Shown here in pieces: positions 26,202-38,962 of a stretch of DNA of 64,000 nucleotides. The position numbers and the translations under genes are program-made. How positions within the stretch are numbered: the first letter of the stretch is position 1; each line of letters begins with the position of its first letter. The stretch is from Eledone cirrhosa. Lineage: Eukaryota. Below the pieces are notes generated by a model. The model made no database searches. It was not told where the DNA came from and saw nothing but the letters and a program-made list of their open reading frames with translations. The stretch covers positions 1-64,000 of the forward strand of contig CAXHJY010000335.1 of NCBI GenBank assembly GCA_964016885.1. Reading direction: 5' to 3'.

Positions 26202-26582
26202 TATATACAGAATATATTTGCTATGTGTATACCAGTTATTAGAATAAGTACACTTTCTCTGCATGTCATGAGAATTGACTAAAAGGGTTGGCACCAGGAA
26301 GGGCATTGGGCTGTAAAACATTGTCTCAATTCCATGTTAGCATGGAAAGGAAGACGTAAAAATGATTATGATGATGATATAAATCCATAATTTACAAAGA
26401 AATTAAAAAAAATTCTCTAACTACTATCATTTCAAATAATACAGAAGTGAGGTGTGATCTATAGCCCATCTGGGAGGTCTGTAGCTCTAATTAAGAACAG
26501 ACTTAGTCTATGACAACCTGTCCAACCCATGCCAGCATGGAAAAATGCATATTAAATGATAATGATGATGTTGAAAACAAAC

Positions 26583-26822
26583 CTTTTAGCAGGAAGATTG
26601 ACACCGGCAGCTAGGGTTGAAGTACAAGCTAATAAGCACAGAGTACCATCTGAGTATGCATCTTCTATCAGCCTCCGTTCATCACTAGTAAGCCCACTGT
26701 GGTGATAGGCAAGGCCAAAAGGAACCGTTTGTGCTAAAACAGAGCACAAATGTCCATTGTTATCAGCTTTCAGATCTTTCAGAAGTTGTTTTTTATGAGA
26801 TCTGTGAATATCCAGTAAATTC
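26583..26822 (-). CDS. HELQ: HELQ coding exon 10 (motifs IVa and V)
   Basis: [33 protein letters not shown]; 240 nt, phase 2-2. Confidence 0.95.
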
Positions 26823-27764
26823 CTGCAAAATATAAATATGGTCAACCCTTCTGATTAGAAAACTGCCTGAAAACACCTCTGATTTTATGAGACAAAATTA
26901 TCCATTTTAATGAGTTCATATTTATATTAAAACCTTCCATAATAATTCTATGTAAGAACTTTTTGTCAAGTAATGCTCCAAACATCAGCTTAATAATAAG
27001 AAAGTTAGTTATGTTACTAAATGTCTTAAAATTCTTGATTATTTCCAAAATATCTTGAAAAACATAGGCAGTGTTTTTCATAAGAAATATGGTAATGAAA
27101 GGATTATGGTTAAGAAAGAAAAGGTGCATTAGATGAATTTAACTCTTAACATTCTGCAATAATTTAGAAGATAATACTAAAAAAAATATGGACAGATAGT
27201 TTTGAACATTTGTAGCAAGAGAGTAAAAGAGTAAAAGAATTGCTGAATCAGCAATTCTGTGCTTAAACTTTAATCTGTTCTTATAATAAATATATATATA
27301 TATATATCAAGGGAAAAGGGAATATGATATATATATATATATATATATTCCACCTTCTCTTTTCATTTCTTCTTGGCTAATCAATATGTTGGGCCTCATC
27401 TATATCTCTTCTTTTCAGTTACAGTACATTGGTTTCTAACATATTTTATCTTATTTGTAAATAGTCAAAAGATCAATTGTCTTTCTTGTGTCCATTTGTT
27501 ACTGTCCCATGTGTGTACACTGGAGCCAGTTGTAATGATCTTAAAGCACTGAAATAACATATCTCCATTGATCAACTGATGAAAGGGGACTGCCTTTGTT
27601 TCGTTCATTTTTCTGTTGTCTTTGCCCATATTTTTATTTATAAATATAATCCTCATCACCGTTTAAAGTCCATTTTTCCATGCTAGCATGGGTTAGATGA
27701 GCTGTCCCATTGTGAGTCAAGCCAGGTCAGATGACCGTGTCTTTCTCATGCAGAACTGATTATA

Positions 27765-29921
27765 TCATCATCCTCACCGTTTTACGTCCGTTCTTCCACG
27801 CTAGCATGGGTTAGACGGGTTGTTCTGTTGTGGGCAGTGTCCAGTCTTGCTCATATGGGAACTGATTCTGGCTTGATTTCTACAGCTGGATGCCCTTCCT
27901 AACACCAACCTCATTTACAGTGAGTGCTGGGTGCTTTTTTCCGTGGCGCCTCGGGTCTTCTGTATTACTGCGTGACGCCAGAGGTCACAGTCGTGTGTCA
28001 TCGCCTTTGAGTAAGGTTGGCTTTTATCACCTCATCCCAGGTCTTCTTAGGTCTCTCCACTCCACGGTTTCTATCGACTTCTAGTGCTCTGCATCTTTTT
28101 ATGCAGTTGTCATCCTTCATACACATCACATGTCCATACCAACGCAACCTCCTCTCCTGCACACAGCATTTGATTCCTCTTATGCTCAGTCTCTCTCTCA
28201 ATTCGTTTATGCGTTTCTGTTCGAGTATATTACTATTACACATCCATCAGAGCATGCAGGCTTCGTTTCTTTCTAATCTACGCAAGTCTTCTACAGACAG
28301 CGCCCAGGTCTCACTACCATGTAACATTGCTGTTTGTATACACGCATCATACAGTCTGCTCTTCATTTTGAGAGGAAAAGCCTTTTGCAGCTAGCAGTGG
28401 CTCCCTGAACTTCTTCCATCCCGTTCTTACCCTAGTTATTGTACTTTCCGAACACCCACCTCTGCTGCTAATTCTGTCACCTAGGTAGCAGAAGCTGTCT
28501 ACTGTTCCTACAGAGCCCTCCCAGAGTTTGGTCATGCTTGTTTCCTGTGGCTGTTTGCTGCTTGCTGTCCCAGTGCAGCTGCTACAGGTGAAGCCTACAT
28601 TCTTAGTTAAGCTTCCCGAGATCCCACTACATCTCTTGTGTACCCATTGTTTGCATTTGGGGCAGAGGATGGAGTTCCTACCTACACCTTTCCTACATTC
28701 TGAGCAAGGCCATTTCCCTGAGGGGATCTGGGTTCTGTTTTCTCCTCTACTTACAAGGACCTTAGTCTTTGTAAGGTAGACTTTGAGACCCCTTTTTTCT
28801 AGTCCCTGCTTCCATGTTTAGAATTTCTTCTCTAGTTCTACCATAGATTCAGCTATAAGTGCGAGGTCATCTGCATACAGGAGTTCCCACGGGCATCCGG
28901 TCTTAAACTCATCCGTTATTGCCTGCAAAACTATGATGAACAGGAGAGGGCTAAGAACAGAGCCCTGGTGGACACCGACCTGCATGCTAAATTCATCGCT
29001 ATAGTCATTGCTAATCCTAACTTTGCTGACTGCTCCCCTATACATGGCTTGTACAACTTTCACAAGCCATTCATTTACCCCTAGTTTCCTAAGAGCCCAC
29101 CAGATTATGGCACGGGGAACTCTGTCAAAGGCTTTCTCCATATCGACGAATGTCAGGTAGAGTGGCTTACTTTTAGCTAGGTACTTTTCCTGTAACTGCC
29201 TCACAAGGAAGGAAGAAGGCATCAGTGTTGCCTTTTCCTGGCACAAACCCAAATTGCATCTCATCTAGTTTCACCCAGTCCCTAATCAACTGTGCTATAA
29301 CTCTTTCTGTTACTTTCATGACCTGGTCCATCAGCTTTATACCTCTATAGTTTCTTCTATCTAGTTGTAGCAGTTGACAATGAAGCTGCTGCACCAATCC
29401 TTTGGTATGACACCTTCTAGTATTACCTGGTTAACAATACGTGTGGTTATGGTGTGACCTACCGACCCAGATGCCTTCAGCATCTCGGCAGCTATACCCG
29501 ATGGACCGGTTGCCTTCCCCGTCTTCATATCTTTGATTGCCTTACTTACTACTCTGCTGCTGACTTGTATTGCTGGCCCCTCTATAGGGTCTACTTGGGG
29601 TAGAGTCTCTTTCTCCCAGGCATTCTCCTCATTTAGTAATCTTTCATAATAGCTCTTCCACACATCTTTCTTCTCAGCACTTGTGAGTGCAAGCTCACCT
29701 TTATCATTCCGGATACACTTCTCTCCAATGACATCACAATTCTCTCTGACACACTGCCTCACAATCTTGAACATCTCCTGTTTCTGGTCCTCACGTTGCA
29801 AGACATGCTTCAATTTTCTATCCGCCGCTTCCCTTCTAGCTAAGTATACTTGTCACCTAGCTTCCCTCCTGGTCTCTATGTAACGTACCCTGCTTCCCCC
29901 GTTCTTCCATTCTTTCCATGC

Positions 29922-29925
<4 letters not shown>
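27765..29925 (-). mobile_element. Older frameshifted RTE LINE, 5'-truncated
   Basis: Fragmented ORFs (DMEKAFDRV, HQGSVLSP, YADD) paralogous to the 29995-33015 protein; (GAT)n tail. Confidence 0.9.
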
Positions 29926-29966
<41 letters not shown>

Positions 29967-29967
<1 letters not shown>

Positions 29968-32900
29968 GCAATCCAAAACTTCAGAGTTGGTACCATGAAT
30001 GTAGGCACCTTAAAGGGTCGCTCTAACGAGGTTGTAGAAATGCTTGAACGTAAGGAGGTCGATGTTTGTTGTATTCAAGAGACCAGGTGGAGGGGAGGGT
30101 CGGCTAGATTCATCGTGGGTAAAGAGCGATGCTATAAGCTTTTCTGGGTGGGAAATGACAATGGGTTGGGTGGGGTAGGAATCATGGTAGCAGAAAAGTG
30201 GGGAGATAAGATAATAGACGTAAATAGAGTGAACGACAGAATAATTAAAATAAGACTTGTCCTCAATAAAACTACGGTGACAGTAATATCTGCGTACGCA
30301 CCCCAATCCGGACAGCCCCGCGCTATAAAAGACAGATTCTACGAGACACTGATGCTCGCTACCTCCCAAATAACCGACAGTGACTATATAGTTATTGCAG
30401 GCGACCTAAATGGTCACGTTGGACAACATTGTGACGGCTATGACGGAATCCATGGAGGCTATGGGTTCGGTACTAGAAATGAGGAAGGCTCCAGAATCCT
30501 GGAATTCTGCGACGCAAATAACTTAACTATCTGTAACACTAACTTCAAAAAACGAGACAATCACTTGATCACCTATAGATCGGGGGAACACACAAGCCAG
30601 GTAGATTATATCCTTACCAGAAGACGTGACAGAGTGTCTGTTGTTAACACTAAATCCCACCCCCATGAAGAATTCACCTCCCAACATAGACTGATAATTA
30701 GCGACCTCATAGTCAGGACGAGACGTACTAGACAGCGAAAGAGGACTATCCTCAGGAGAAAAATATGGAAGCTAAAGGACCCCATAGCCAGAAATAAATT
30801 TCAAAGCAAATTACTTGACGCTTTCGACAGTAAGGAAGAGCAATTAGAGTCGTATAATATAGAGGAACAGTGGGAATTCCTGAGAGCAAACCTGCTGACG
30901 GCGGCAGACGAAGTCTGTGGCTGGAGCAGGCCTGTAGGTAGGAGGAGAGTAACATGGTGGTGGAACAGTAAGGTGGAGGAGTCAATTAAGGCCAAAAAGC
31001 AGGCTTGGAAAGTATGGCGGGATGGGGGAAGTAGAGAAGACTATCAAGTGGCCAGGAGGGAAGCTAGGAGACAAGTGTACTTCGCAAGAAGGGAAGCAGA
31101 GGAAAGAAAGTTCAAGCATGTTCTACAACGTGAGGACCAAAAACGTGAGGTGTTCAGGATTGCCAGGCAATGTGTCAAGGAAAACCGTGATATTGTCGGG
31201 GAGAAGTGTGTACTTAACGATGATGGCATACTTGCCATCACCGACGCTGATAAGAAGGTAGCTTGGAAGTGTCACTACGAAAGGCTTCTAAATGAGGAGA
31301 ACAAATGGGAGAAAGACAGTCTCCCCCAGATCGATCCAATAGAGGGACCAGCAGTGTTAGTTGAAGGTAGTATAATAAGTAAGGCAATCAAAGATATGAA
31401 GACGGGTAAGGCGGCTGGGCCTTCGGAAATAGTTGCTGAGATGCTGAAGGCATCTGGTTCGGTGGGACACACCATGGTCACCCGGATAGTTAACCAAGTC
31501 GTACAGAATGGGGTTGTTCCGAAGGAATGGCGTAGCAGCATCATCGTTAACTGCTATAAGGGAAAAGGAGACGCCCTAGATAGGAGTAACTATAGAGGCA
31601 TTAAATTAATCGACCAGGTCATGAAGGTCACGGAAAAAGTAATAGCGCAACTAATCAGAGAGAGAATTGATCTAGATGAAATGCAGTTCGGGTTTGTGTC
31701 AGGCAAAAGTACCACAGACGCTCTTTTCATTGTACGACAACTACAGGAGAAGTACCTAGCTAAAAGTAAACCCCTATACTTAGCTTTTGTCGACTTGGAG
31801 AAAGCCTTCGACAGAGTCCCCCGTTCCATTATCTGGTGGTCTCTTAGAAAACTAGGTGTTGACGAATGGCTTGTGAGAGCTATACAAGCCATGTATAAAG
31901 AAACAGTCAGTAAGGTTAGAATTAACAACGAATATAGTGAAGAGTTTAGCGTAAAAGTTGGTGTCCATCAGGGCTCTGTACTTAGCCCCCTACTATTTAT
32001 TATTGCCCTTCAGGCTATAACAGAGGAGTTCAAGACCGGCTGCCCATGGGAACTCCTATACGCAGATGATCTAACGCTCATAGCTGAATCAATGACCGAA
32101 CTAGAGAAGAAATTCCAAACGTGGAAGCACGGCCTAGAATCAAAAGGCCTTAAAATTAACCTGGCTAAGACTAAAGTTCTAGTTTGTAGGAAAGAAAATA
32201 AGGCGGCGGTCCCATCGGGGAAATGGCCATGCTCAGTGTGTAGGAAAGGCGTAGGTAGAAACTCCATTTTATGTCCCAAATGCAAAGTATGGGTGCATAA
32301 AAGATGTAGTGGGATCACAGGTAAGCTAACTAAGAACATAGATTTTACATGTGGCCGGTGCTCTGGTGCAATAAGTAGCAGCAAGTGCCCACAAAATACT
32401 AGCTCCTTCAACTGCGCAGAGGGTTCTATAGAAATAGTGGACAGCTTCCGTTATCTGGGTGACAAAATCAGCAGTGGGGGAGGGTGCTCTGAAAGTACAG
32501 TAGCTAGAGTCAGAACTGGATGGAAAAAGTTCAGAGAGCTTATACCACTATTAGCCGCTAGAGGGTTCTCCCTAAAAATGAAAGGCAGGTTATACGATGC
32601 CTGCATACGAACAGCAATGCTGCATGGCAGTGAGACCTGGGCATTGTGTGCAGAGGATATACGCAGACTAGAGAGGAACGAAGCTTGCATGCTCCGCTGG
32701 ATGTGCAATAGTAATATACGTGAACGGCAAAGCATAAACGAACTAAGGAAAAAATTAGAAATAAGAGGGATCAGATGTTGTTTACTCGAGAGAAGGCTAC
32801 GTTGGTACGGTCACGTGATGCGCATGAAAGACGACAGCTGTATAACAAAGTGCAGGGCAATAAAGATAGACGGTAGCCACGGAGTAGGCAGACCCAGAAA

Positions 32901-33514
32901 AACATGGGACGAGCTGATAAATTCCGACCTCACACGCTTACACCTCTCCAAGACAATGTCACTGGACCGAGACCTTTGGCGGTACTCAGTAATAGAGAAG
33001 ACCCGCCTTACCTAAATACAAAGTAAAAACCTACTACAGTCAGTAGGCACCTCTATCAAAACACACCCCCGTCCCACCACCTCCACCCCACCCACACCGC
33101 CCCTTTCAATGTAAAGTTATGTTGGTCCCACAACATCCAGGCCGAAACAAATGAGATCGTGTAGGTGTCACGACAAAAAACACAGAGTCCACGCTGTAAA
33201 TGTGGCCGTGTAGGCAACACGGTAAAAACCTCCCAGCCCCACACTGTAAATGTGGTTGGTGTTAGGAAGGGCATCCAGCTGTAGAAAACCCGCCAGACAG
33301 TCCACGCTGTAATGTGGCCGTGTAGGCAACACGGTAAAAACCTCCCAGCCCCACACTGTAAATGTGGTTGGTGTTAGGAAGGGCATCCAACTGTAGAAAA
33401 CCCGCCAGACAGTCCTATGCGAGCAAGACAACCACTCTTGCCTCAAGTGGGAAAACCCCCGTCCAAACCCATGCAAGCGTGGAACACGGACGCTAAACCT
33501 GATGATGATGATGA

Positions 33515-33517
<3 letters not shown>
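29967..33517 (+). mobile_element. RTE-clade LINE inserted in (TA)n
   Basis: Intact APE-RT ORF, 3' UTR and (GAT)n tail; (TA)n on both sides; no 5' UTR. Confidence 0.95.
29995..33015 (+). CDS. RTE ORF (1006 aa): APE endonuclease, RT, PHD-like Cys/His insert
   Basis: NVGTL..IQETRW, GDLNGH, QVDYI, SQH; DLEKAFD, HQGS, YADD; CSVC..CPKC..HKRC..CGRC. Confidence 0.93.
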   Translation: MNVGTLKGRSNEVVEMLERKEVDVCCIQETRWRGGSARFIVGKERCYKLFWVGNDNGLGGVGIMVAEKWGDKIIDVNRVNDRIIKIRLVLNKTTVTVISAYAPQSGQPRAIKDRFYETLMLATSQITDSDYIVIAGDLNGHVGQHCDGYDGIHGGYGFGTRNEEGSRILEFCDANNLTICNTNFKKRDNHLITYRSGEHTSQVDYILTRRRDRVSVVNTKSHPHEEFTSQHRLIISDLIVRTRRTRQRKRTILRRKIWKLKDPIARNKFQSKLLDAFDSKEEQLESYNIEEQWEFLRANLLTAADEVCGWSRPVGRRRVTWWWNSKVEESIKAKKQAWKVWRDGGSREDYQVARREARRQVYFARREAEERKFKHVLQREDQKREVFRIARQCVKENRDIVGEKCVLNDDGILAITDADKKVAWKCHYERLLNEENKWEKDSLPQIDPIEGPAVLVEGSIISKAIKDMKTGKAAGPSEIVAEMLKASGSVGHTMVTRIVNQVVQNGVVPKEWRSSIIVNCYKGKGDALDRSNYRGIKLIDQVMKVTEKVIAQLIRERIDLDEMQFGFVSGKSTTDALFIVRQLQEKYLAKSKPLYLAFVDLEKAFDRVPRSIIWWSLRKLGVDEWLVRAIQAMYKETVSKVRINNEYSEEFSVKVGVHQGSVLSPLLFIIALQAITEEFKTGCPWELLYADDLTLIAESMTELEKKFQTWKHGLESKGLKINLAKTKVLVCRKENKAAVPSGKWPCSVCRKGVGRNSILCPKCKVWVHKRCSGITGKLTKNIDFTCGRCSGAISSSKCPQNTSSFNCAEGSIEIVDSFRYLGDKISSGGGCSESTVARVRTGWKKFRELIPLLAARGFSLKMKGRLYDACIRTAMLHGSETWALCAEDIRRLERNEACMLRWMCNSNIRERQSINELRKKLEIRGIRCCLLERRLRWYGHVMRMKDDSCITKCRAIKIDGSHGVGRPRKTWDELINSDLTRLHLSKTMSLDRDLWRYSVIEKTRLT

Positions 33518-33556
<39 letters not shown>

Positions 33557-33634
33557 ACTGAAACCAGTAAAAGAATAAAAGAACAATGCATGATTGCTTT
33601 AAAAGCTAGTTATAGAGAGGCAGGGATTCCATAC

Positions 33635-33789
33635 CGTTTATATTTGGCCAACATTTTGGTGAGCATACTGGCCACATTTTCACAATTATTCTTTGTAGAA
33701 CAAAACAATAGACAGGAATTGTCAGGAATCACCTCCAAGACTAGACCTAGCAGATGATCTGGGTCTGTTTTACACATTTGTTTCTTGTA
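33635..33789 (-). CDS. HELQ: HELQ coding exon 9 (motif IV)
   Basis: YKKQMCKTDPDHLLGLVLEVIPDNSCLLFCSTKNNCENVA..; 155 nt, phase 0-2. Confidence 0.92.
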
Positions 33790-34341
33790 CTGAAATAATA
33801 TAAAATAATAAAATACAAGAATTTAGAAAAATAAAAAATATATATATAACAATGTTATTTATTTAAACTAGTCTTTGGAACATAAATTAACAAAGATGCT
33901 CACATACAATTATGATGGAAGATAAATATAAATATTTTAACCCAATTGTTATGTTTTTAAAAGAGTTGGCACCAGAAAGGGTTTCTGGCTGTAAAACAAT
34001 ACCCCCAAAATCCATGAAAAGAAGAATTAAGCTTGTTTTAGTAGGGATAATATCTTTAAATGGTGGTGGTTGTATTTCTAATGAAAAAAACACTGCCTAT
34101 AAATTTCCTATAGTTTTTGAAAATAATCAAGAATTTGGAGTGATTTCATAATATAACTAACTATCGCATTATTTAGTTGGCGTTTGGAACATAATTTAAC
34201 AAAAGGTCTTACATAAATAATGAAATAATGAATAATCTTAGTAAATTTCTCAAATTCTTCATTAATTAAGTGCAATAGAGTGTATTTCATTAGAAATAGT
34301 TATGTAAACGTTAAAACTGCTAAAAAAAATTAATATCAAAC

Positions 34342-34443
34342 CTGAAATGTGGTCACTCTCTCATGGGCTAGGATATCTTCTGAAAACTTTGGACACACGC
34401 AGTAGATATTTTCTTCAAGTTTGACATACTCAGTAAGTGTAAC
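34342..34443 (-). CDS. HELQ: HELQ coding exon 8
   Basis: cctag|VTLTEYVKLEENIY..TFQ|gtttga; completes FRP|V.L.EY; 102 nt. Confidence 0.88.
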
Positions 34444-35495
34444 CTAGGTTTTTGAATATACAGAAAAAATAATAAAATAAAATAATGAAATTTACAGCTC
34501 ACATGTATATAGGTTTAGCTGGCCTCTCATAGGAGCTTGCATTTCATAAGAGGTTTCTCAAGTATTTTATCATAGCACCAGCACTACCACTTTACAGGGT
34601 CAACTGGTTTATTTTTTATCATGGCAGCATCACTGGTGAAGCACTCTGCTCATTGCAGACCCTAGTCCTATCATAGACACATATATGTTGTTACAGCTCA
34701 CATCTATGTAGGTTTTGCTGGCCTCCTATGAGCTTGCATCTCAAAGGAGGTTTCTTGCGTGTTTTAATAAGGGCCCAGTCCTAACATAGACACACATAAG
34801 TATGTTGTTATAGCTGACATCTATGTAGGTTTAGCTGGCCTCCAATGGGCTTGCATATCAGAAGCAGTTTGTCGGGTGTTTTAAAGATAGGGGCACCAGT
34901 CTTAACATAAAAAGCAACATGTAATGAAATATACTGCACAATGTTCCAAGTTGATGATGATAGTGAAATATTCTTATTACTACTATGTACCAGTAACACA
35001 CTGGGATTGATTTAATCAGCTTACCCCTCCCCCTAAAATTAGGTACCATTATTACTATGGGGGTGGTGGATTGTCAGATTCACTAGAGAGTTTGAAAAAA
35101 TACATTACTGTATCTAGTTAGGTTTCTTTACATTCTGAGTTCAATCCTGCCAAAGTCAGCTTTAATTTTTACTACTCCAGGTTGATAAAATAAAGTAGTA
35201 GTCAAGTACTGCAGTCGACATAGTTAATTTTCTCCTCACCCCAATTTATTGGCCTTGTGTGTGAATTAGAAATCATTATGATTATCGGTAGAGCGTCAGA
35301 CACCATGCTTTGCAGCATAGAGTTACGGCCCTTTACCATCTGAGTTCAAATCCTGCCGAGGTTAGCTTTGTCTTTCATCCTTACTTGGGTTGATAAAATA
35401 AAGCACCAGTAATGCACTGGGGTCGATTTAATCAACTTTCCTCCTCCCCCAAAATTGCCGGCCTTGTGCCTATAGTAGAAATTATTATTACTCAC

Positions 35496-35593
35496 AGGTC
35501 TGAAATCATTGGTATAAAGTTCTGCATTGAGGAATGTCTTGAGGTCATCAATGTTGCTAAGTGTGGCACTCATAGCGATTATCTGGCAGTTGT
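35496..35593 (-). CDS. HELQ: HELQ coding exon 7 (motif III SAT)
   Basis: (H)[21 protein letters not shown]|gtgag; 98 nt, phase 1-0. Confidence 0.93.
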
Positions 35594-35607
35594 CTGCAAT
35601 GAGAAGA

Positions 35608-36025
35608 TTAACCCTTTAACATTTACATTACTCCATATTTACTATTATATTTTCATGGTAAAGGCTTTAGCTCAAATAACATCAAATCTATGAGATTTTC
35701 ATATTATTTATTTTGAGAACAATACGTTAACATCAGTATGAGCAGCCAGTTACAGCTGGTTTGAATAGAAAGAGGTGAGAGAATTATGGCCGGACACGGC
35801 TACTTTAAATGCTAAAGGGTTAACCCTTTAGCATCATATTTTCACAGTAAAGGCTTTACCTCACATAATTATCTCACATAATATCGAATCTATGAGATTT
35901 TGATATTATTTATTTTGAGAACAATACCATAACATCAGTATAAGTGGCTGGTTACAGCTGGTTTGAACAGAAAGAGGTGAGAGAATTCTGGCCAGATATG
36001 GTTGGTTTAAATGCTAAAGGGTTAA
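35608..36025. mobile_element. Two tandem piggyBac-like MITEs sharing a TTAA
   Basis: TTAA-CCCTTTA(A/G)CAT...ATGCTAAAGGG-TTAA occurs twice; units of about 200 bp. Confidence 0.65.
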
Positions 36026-37235
36026 AGACTAAACAATAAGAACAACAACTGAATAATAAACATGGTGATTATCTGGCAGTTGTCTGCAATGAGCAGAGTG
36101 CCTCTCCAGTGATGCTGCATGATAAAAAAAACAACCAGTCCACCCTGTAAAGGGGTAGTGCTGGTGCCATTATAAAAAGCCCCCAGTCATCATTGTAAGG
36201 TGGCAGTGCAGATGCAACAACAAAAAGCACCCAGTCCCATCCTATAATGTGGTAGTGCTGGTGTCACAAGATAAAGTGGCCTGTCCACCGTGTAAGGTGG
36301 TAGTGCCAGAGTCATGATAAAATGTTCCCAGTACATTTTGTAAAGTGGTTGGCATTAGAAAGAACATCCAGTCATAGAAACAAAGCGAAAATGGGGTATA
36401 TGCGTAATGAGACAACCGATCCAACCTATACAAGAATGGAAACTAAACATTAAATGGTCATGATATGATGATAAACAACAACAAACAACAGCTGACAACA
36501 ACATAGTGATTACCTGGCAGTTGGGTGCAATGAGGCAAGTAAACAATAAACATCAACAACATCTGATAAAAAACAAACAAGAATAACTAAAAACAACAAA
36601 ATTCTTTTCCCATTATTTTTAGTAGTAGTAGTAGTAGCAGTAACAGTAGTATATTCTAATTTATATAATTGTTTCTACTTTTGGCACAAGGCCAGCAATT
36701 ACCACAGTACATTACTGGTACTTTATTTTATCGACCCTGTAAAAATGAAGGACAAAGTTAACCTCAGTGGGATTAGCTTTATTATTCTAGTTTATATAAT
36801 GTAAATCAATATTAACAAAATTAATAGTTTAGTGGGATTCAATCGACAAGATCCCACACTTCATTCACTTACTGAGTGGGGTAGAGTTTGTCAATGTTTC
36901 CATTTGTCTTTCCATGGCTGATACTATGATATTATCTACCAGTCACAGCACTTGGCAGAAGGAGCAGCATGAAATAAAGTATCTTATTCTTGAACATAAC
37001 ACATCGCCTGGTCTGGGAAATGAACTCACAACTTCACGATTGCAAATCTAATTCTCTTAAAAAATTGTTATAATTTAAGATAGTAGTAATTAGCAACAAC
37101 ACTAACACAGTGTGATTCAGAATTGACAATAGTGAGACATGAACAGTTTCTACCCACTAATTTTATCCCATATGAGCCAGCCACTCTACAACAGTGTCAG
37201 AAAACACAAGCATGATTTAAGAATGTGTCACTTAC

Positions 37236-37311
37236 GTCCATAACATAGAGTTTTAATTAAGGTTGTCTCTAAGGTGGCCCCTCTGCGACCTCCTTCCCCC
37301 AACATGTGCAA
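37236..37311 (-). CDS. HELQ: HELQ coding exon 6 (completes DELH box)
   Basis: tccag|LHMLGEGGRRGATLETTLIKTLCYG|gtaagt; 76 nt. Confidence 0.93.
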
Positions 37312-37363
37312 CTGGAATAGAAAGTCAACATTTCATTACATTAAATACATTTTGAAGTATATA

Positions 37364-37535
37364 TACCATATTTCCTGGCGTTGAAGATGCTACTTTTTTC
37401 CTAAAATAAGTCTAAAAAATCTACCATGCATCCTGGAGGTTGAAGGTTGGTTATTATTTTTTTTCAAATTTTTGCATGTCAAAATTAGGGTGCGTCCTCG
37501 AGGACAAAGCATCTTCGGTGTTGGGAAATATGGTA
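37364..37535. mobile_element. Small Tc1/pogo-type MITE
   Basis: TIRs TACCATATTTCC..GAAGATGC / GCATCTTC..GGAAATATGGTA in a TA context. Confidence 0.55.
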
Positions 37536-38477
37536 TATATATATATATTAAGAAAAATGATGAAGTTTTGTTTACATGTAATTAGTGCTTTTATTGTGTA
37601 AATGTGGTTGGTATTAGGAAGTGCATCCAGCTGTAAAATCCCTGGCCAAATTTACAGTCCTCGTCAGAGTTAGGTATGGCATGGCCAATTCTGGCCGACA
37701 TGTCTCTCAATGGGAACAACTCTTCTAACCCATGCAAGCACAGAAAAATGGATGCTCAACGGTGACGATGATGATAATGACTGATCTGTTACTTGCATTT
37801 TGCAGAGGATTGGCTGAAGGTCACCCATAGAAGTTACGGGCCAGACTCCATTATCAATCTTACTTCATTAATGACCATCAAACCGAGAGTACCCATTCTA
37901 TTGAGCTCAATGAATTTGATACCACCACCAGTAATTAACTGAATCACATACACTATATATGATTTAATGTCCATTTTTCCACGCTAGCATGGGTATATAA
38001 TTTATATTAAATTCCATACACTTAACATGTGTAACCTTAGGTTTTGGGGTCCAGTTATGGTCACCACTGTATAATAGAGGAGCCATTCTAAAACTGGCTG
38101 CAGCAGCACTGTGCTGTTATTTTCTTTATTGACCCTGAAAGAATGAAAGGCAAAGAGAATTTTTATCAGGATTTGAACTTAGAATGCAGAAACCTGGAAC
38201 AAATAACCAACACTCAAACAAACTCTGCCAAATCAACTGCATGCATGGATGTCTGTGTTTACATTCCATAACAGTGGTTTGACAAAAAAGATTAACAGAA
38301 AATGTACCAGACTTGGAAAAAAAAATGTTCTGGGGTTAATATAACTGACTGAAAAACCCAGCATGGCCACAGCCAAATGACTGAAACCAGTAAAAGAATA
38401 AAAAAATTAGCTAAATAAGTGAAAAAACAAACACAAAAAAAGAGCAAAGCCAAGTATGTAAGAAACAAGAATCTTAC

Positions 38478-38678
38478 TTCATCAATGACCATCAAACCGA
38501 GGGTACCTATTCTATTGAGCTCAATGAATTGGTTGATCAGACTGTGACCTTTCTCAATGGTTGCTATATAGAGGGTGCTCTTCTGGTGACGTTGAATAGG
38601 AGGGTAGCGACCTTTGCTCCCGGCATACTCTTCTACCTGGAAGTTCAACTCAACAGCCATTTCAGCAAGGGCTTTTAC
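38478..38678 (-). CDS. HELQ: HELQ coding exon 5
   Basis: VKALAEM..EEYAGSKGRYPP..IATIEKGHSL..LMVIDE|gtaag; 201 nt. Confidence 0.95.
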
Positions 38679-38962
38679 CTGAATTGGAAAGAAAGTTTCA
38701 TGACTGATGATCAAAGATTTTTTTAATGCTATTATCATTATTATACATGTGTGTGTGGTGCATCCAGTTTAGAATAGGTAAACCGTACATATCGTAAGAA
38801 GTGATTAAATGGGTTGGTGACAGGAAGGGCATCCAATTGTAGAAACCATGTCAAATATGGTACATATGAGCAAGATGTTTCTCCAATCCAGTGACAACCT
38901 GTCCAACCCATGTCCAAAGCATACATAAAATGATGATGATGATACACATCTATCTATAAATA

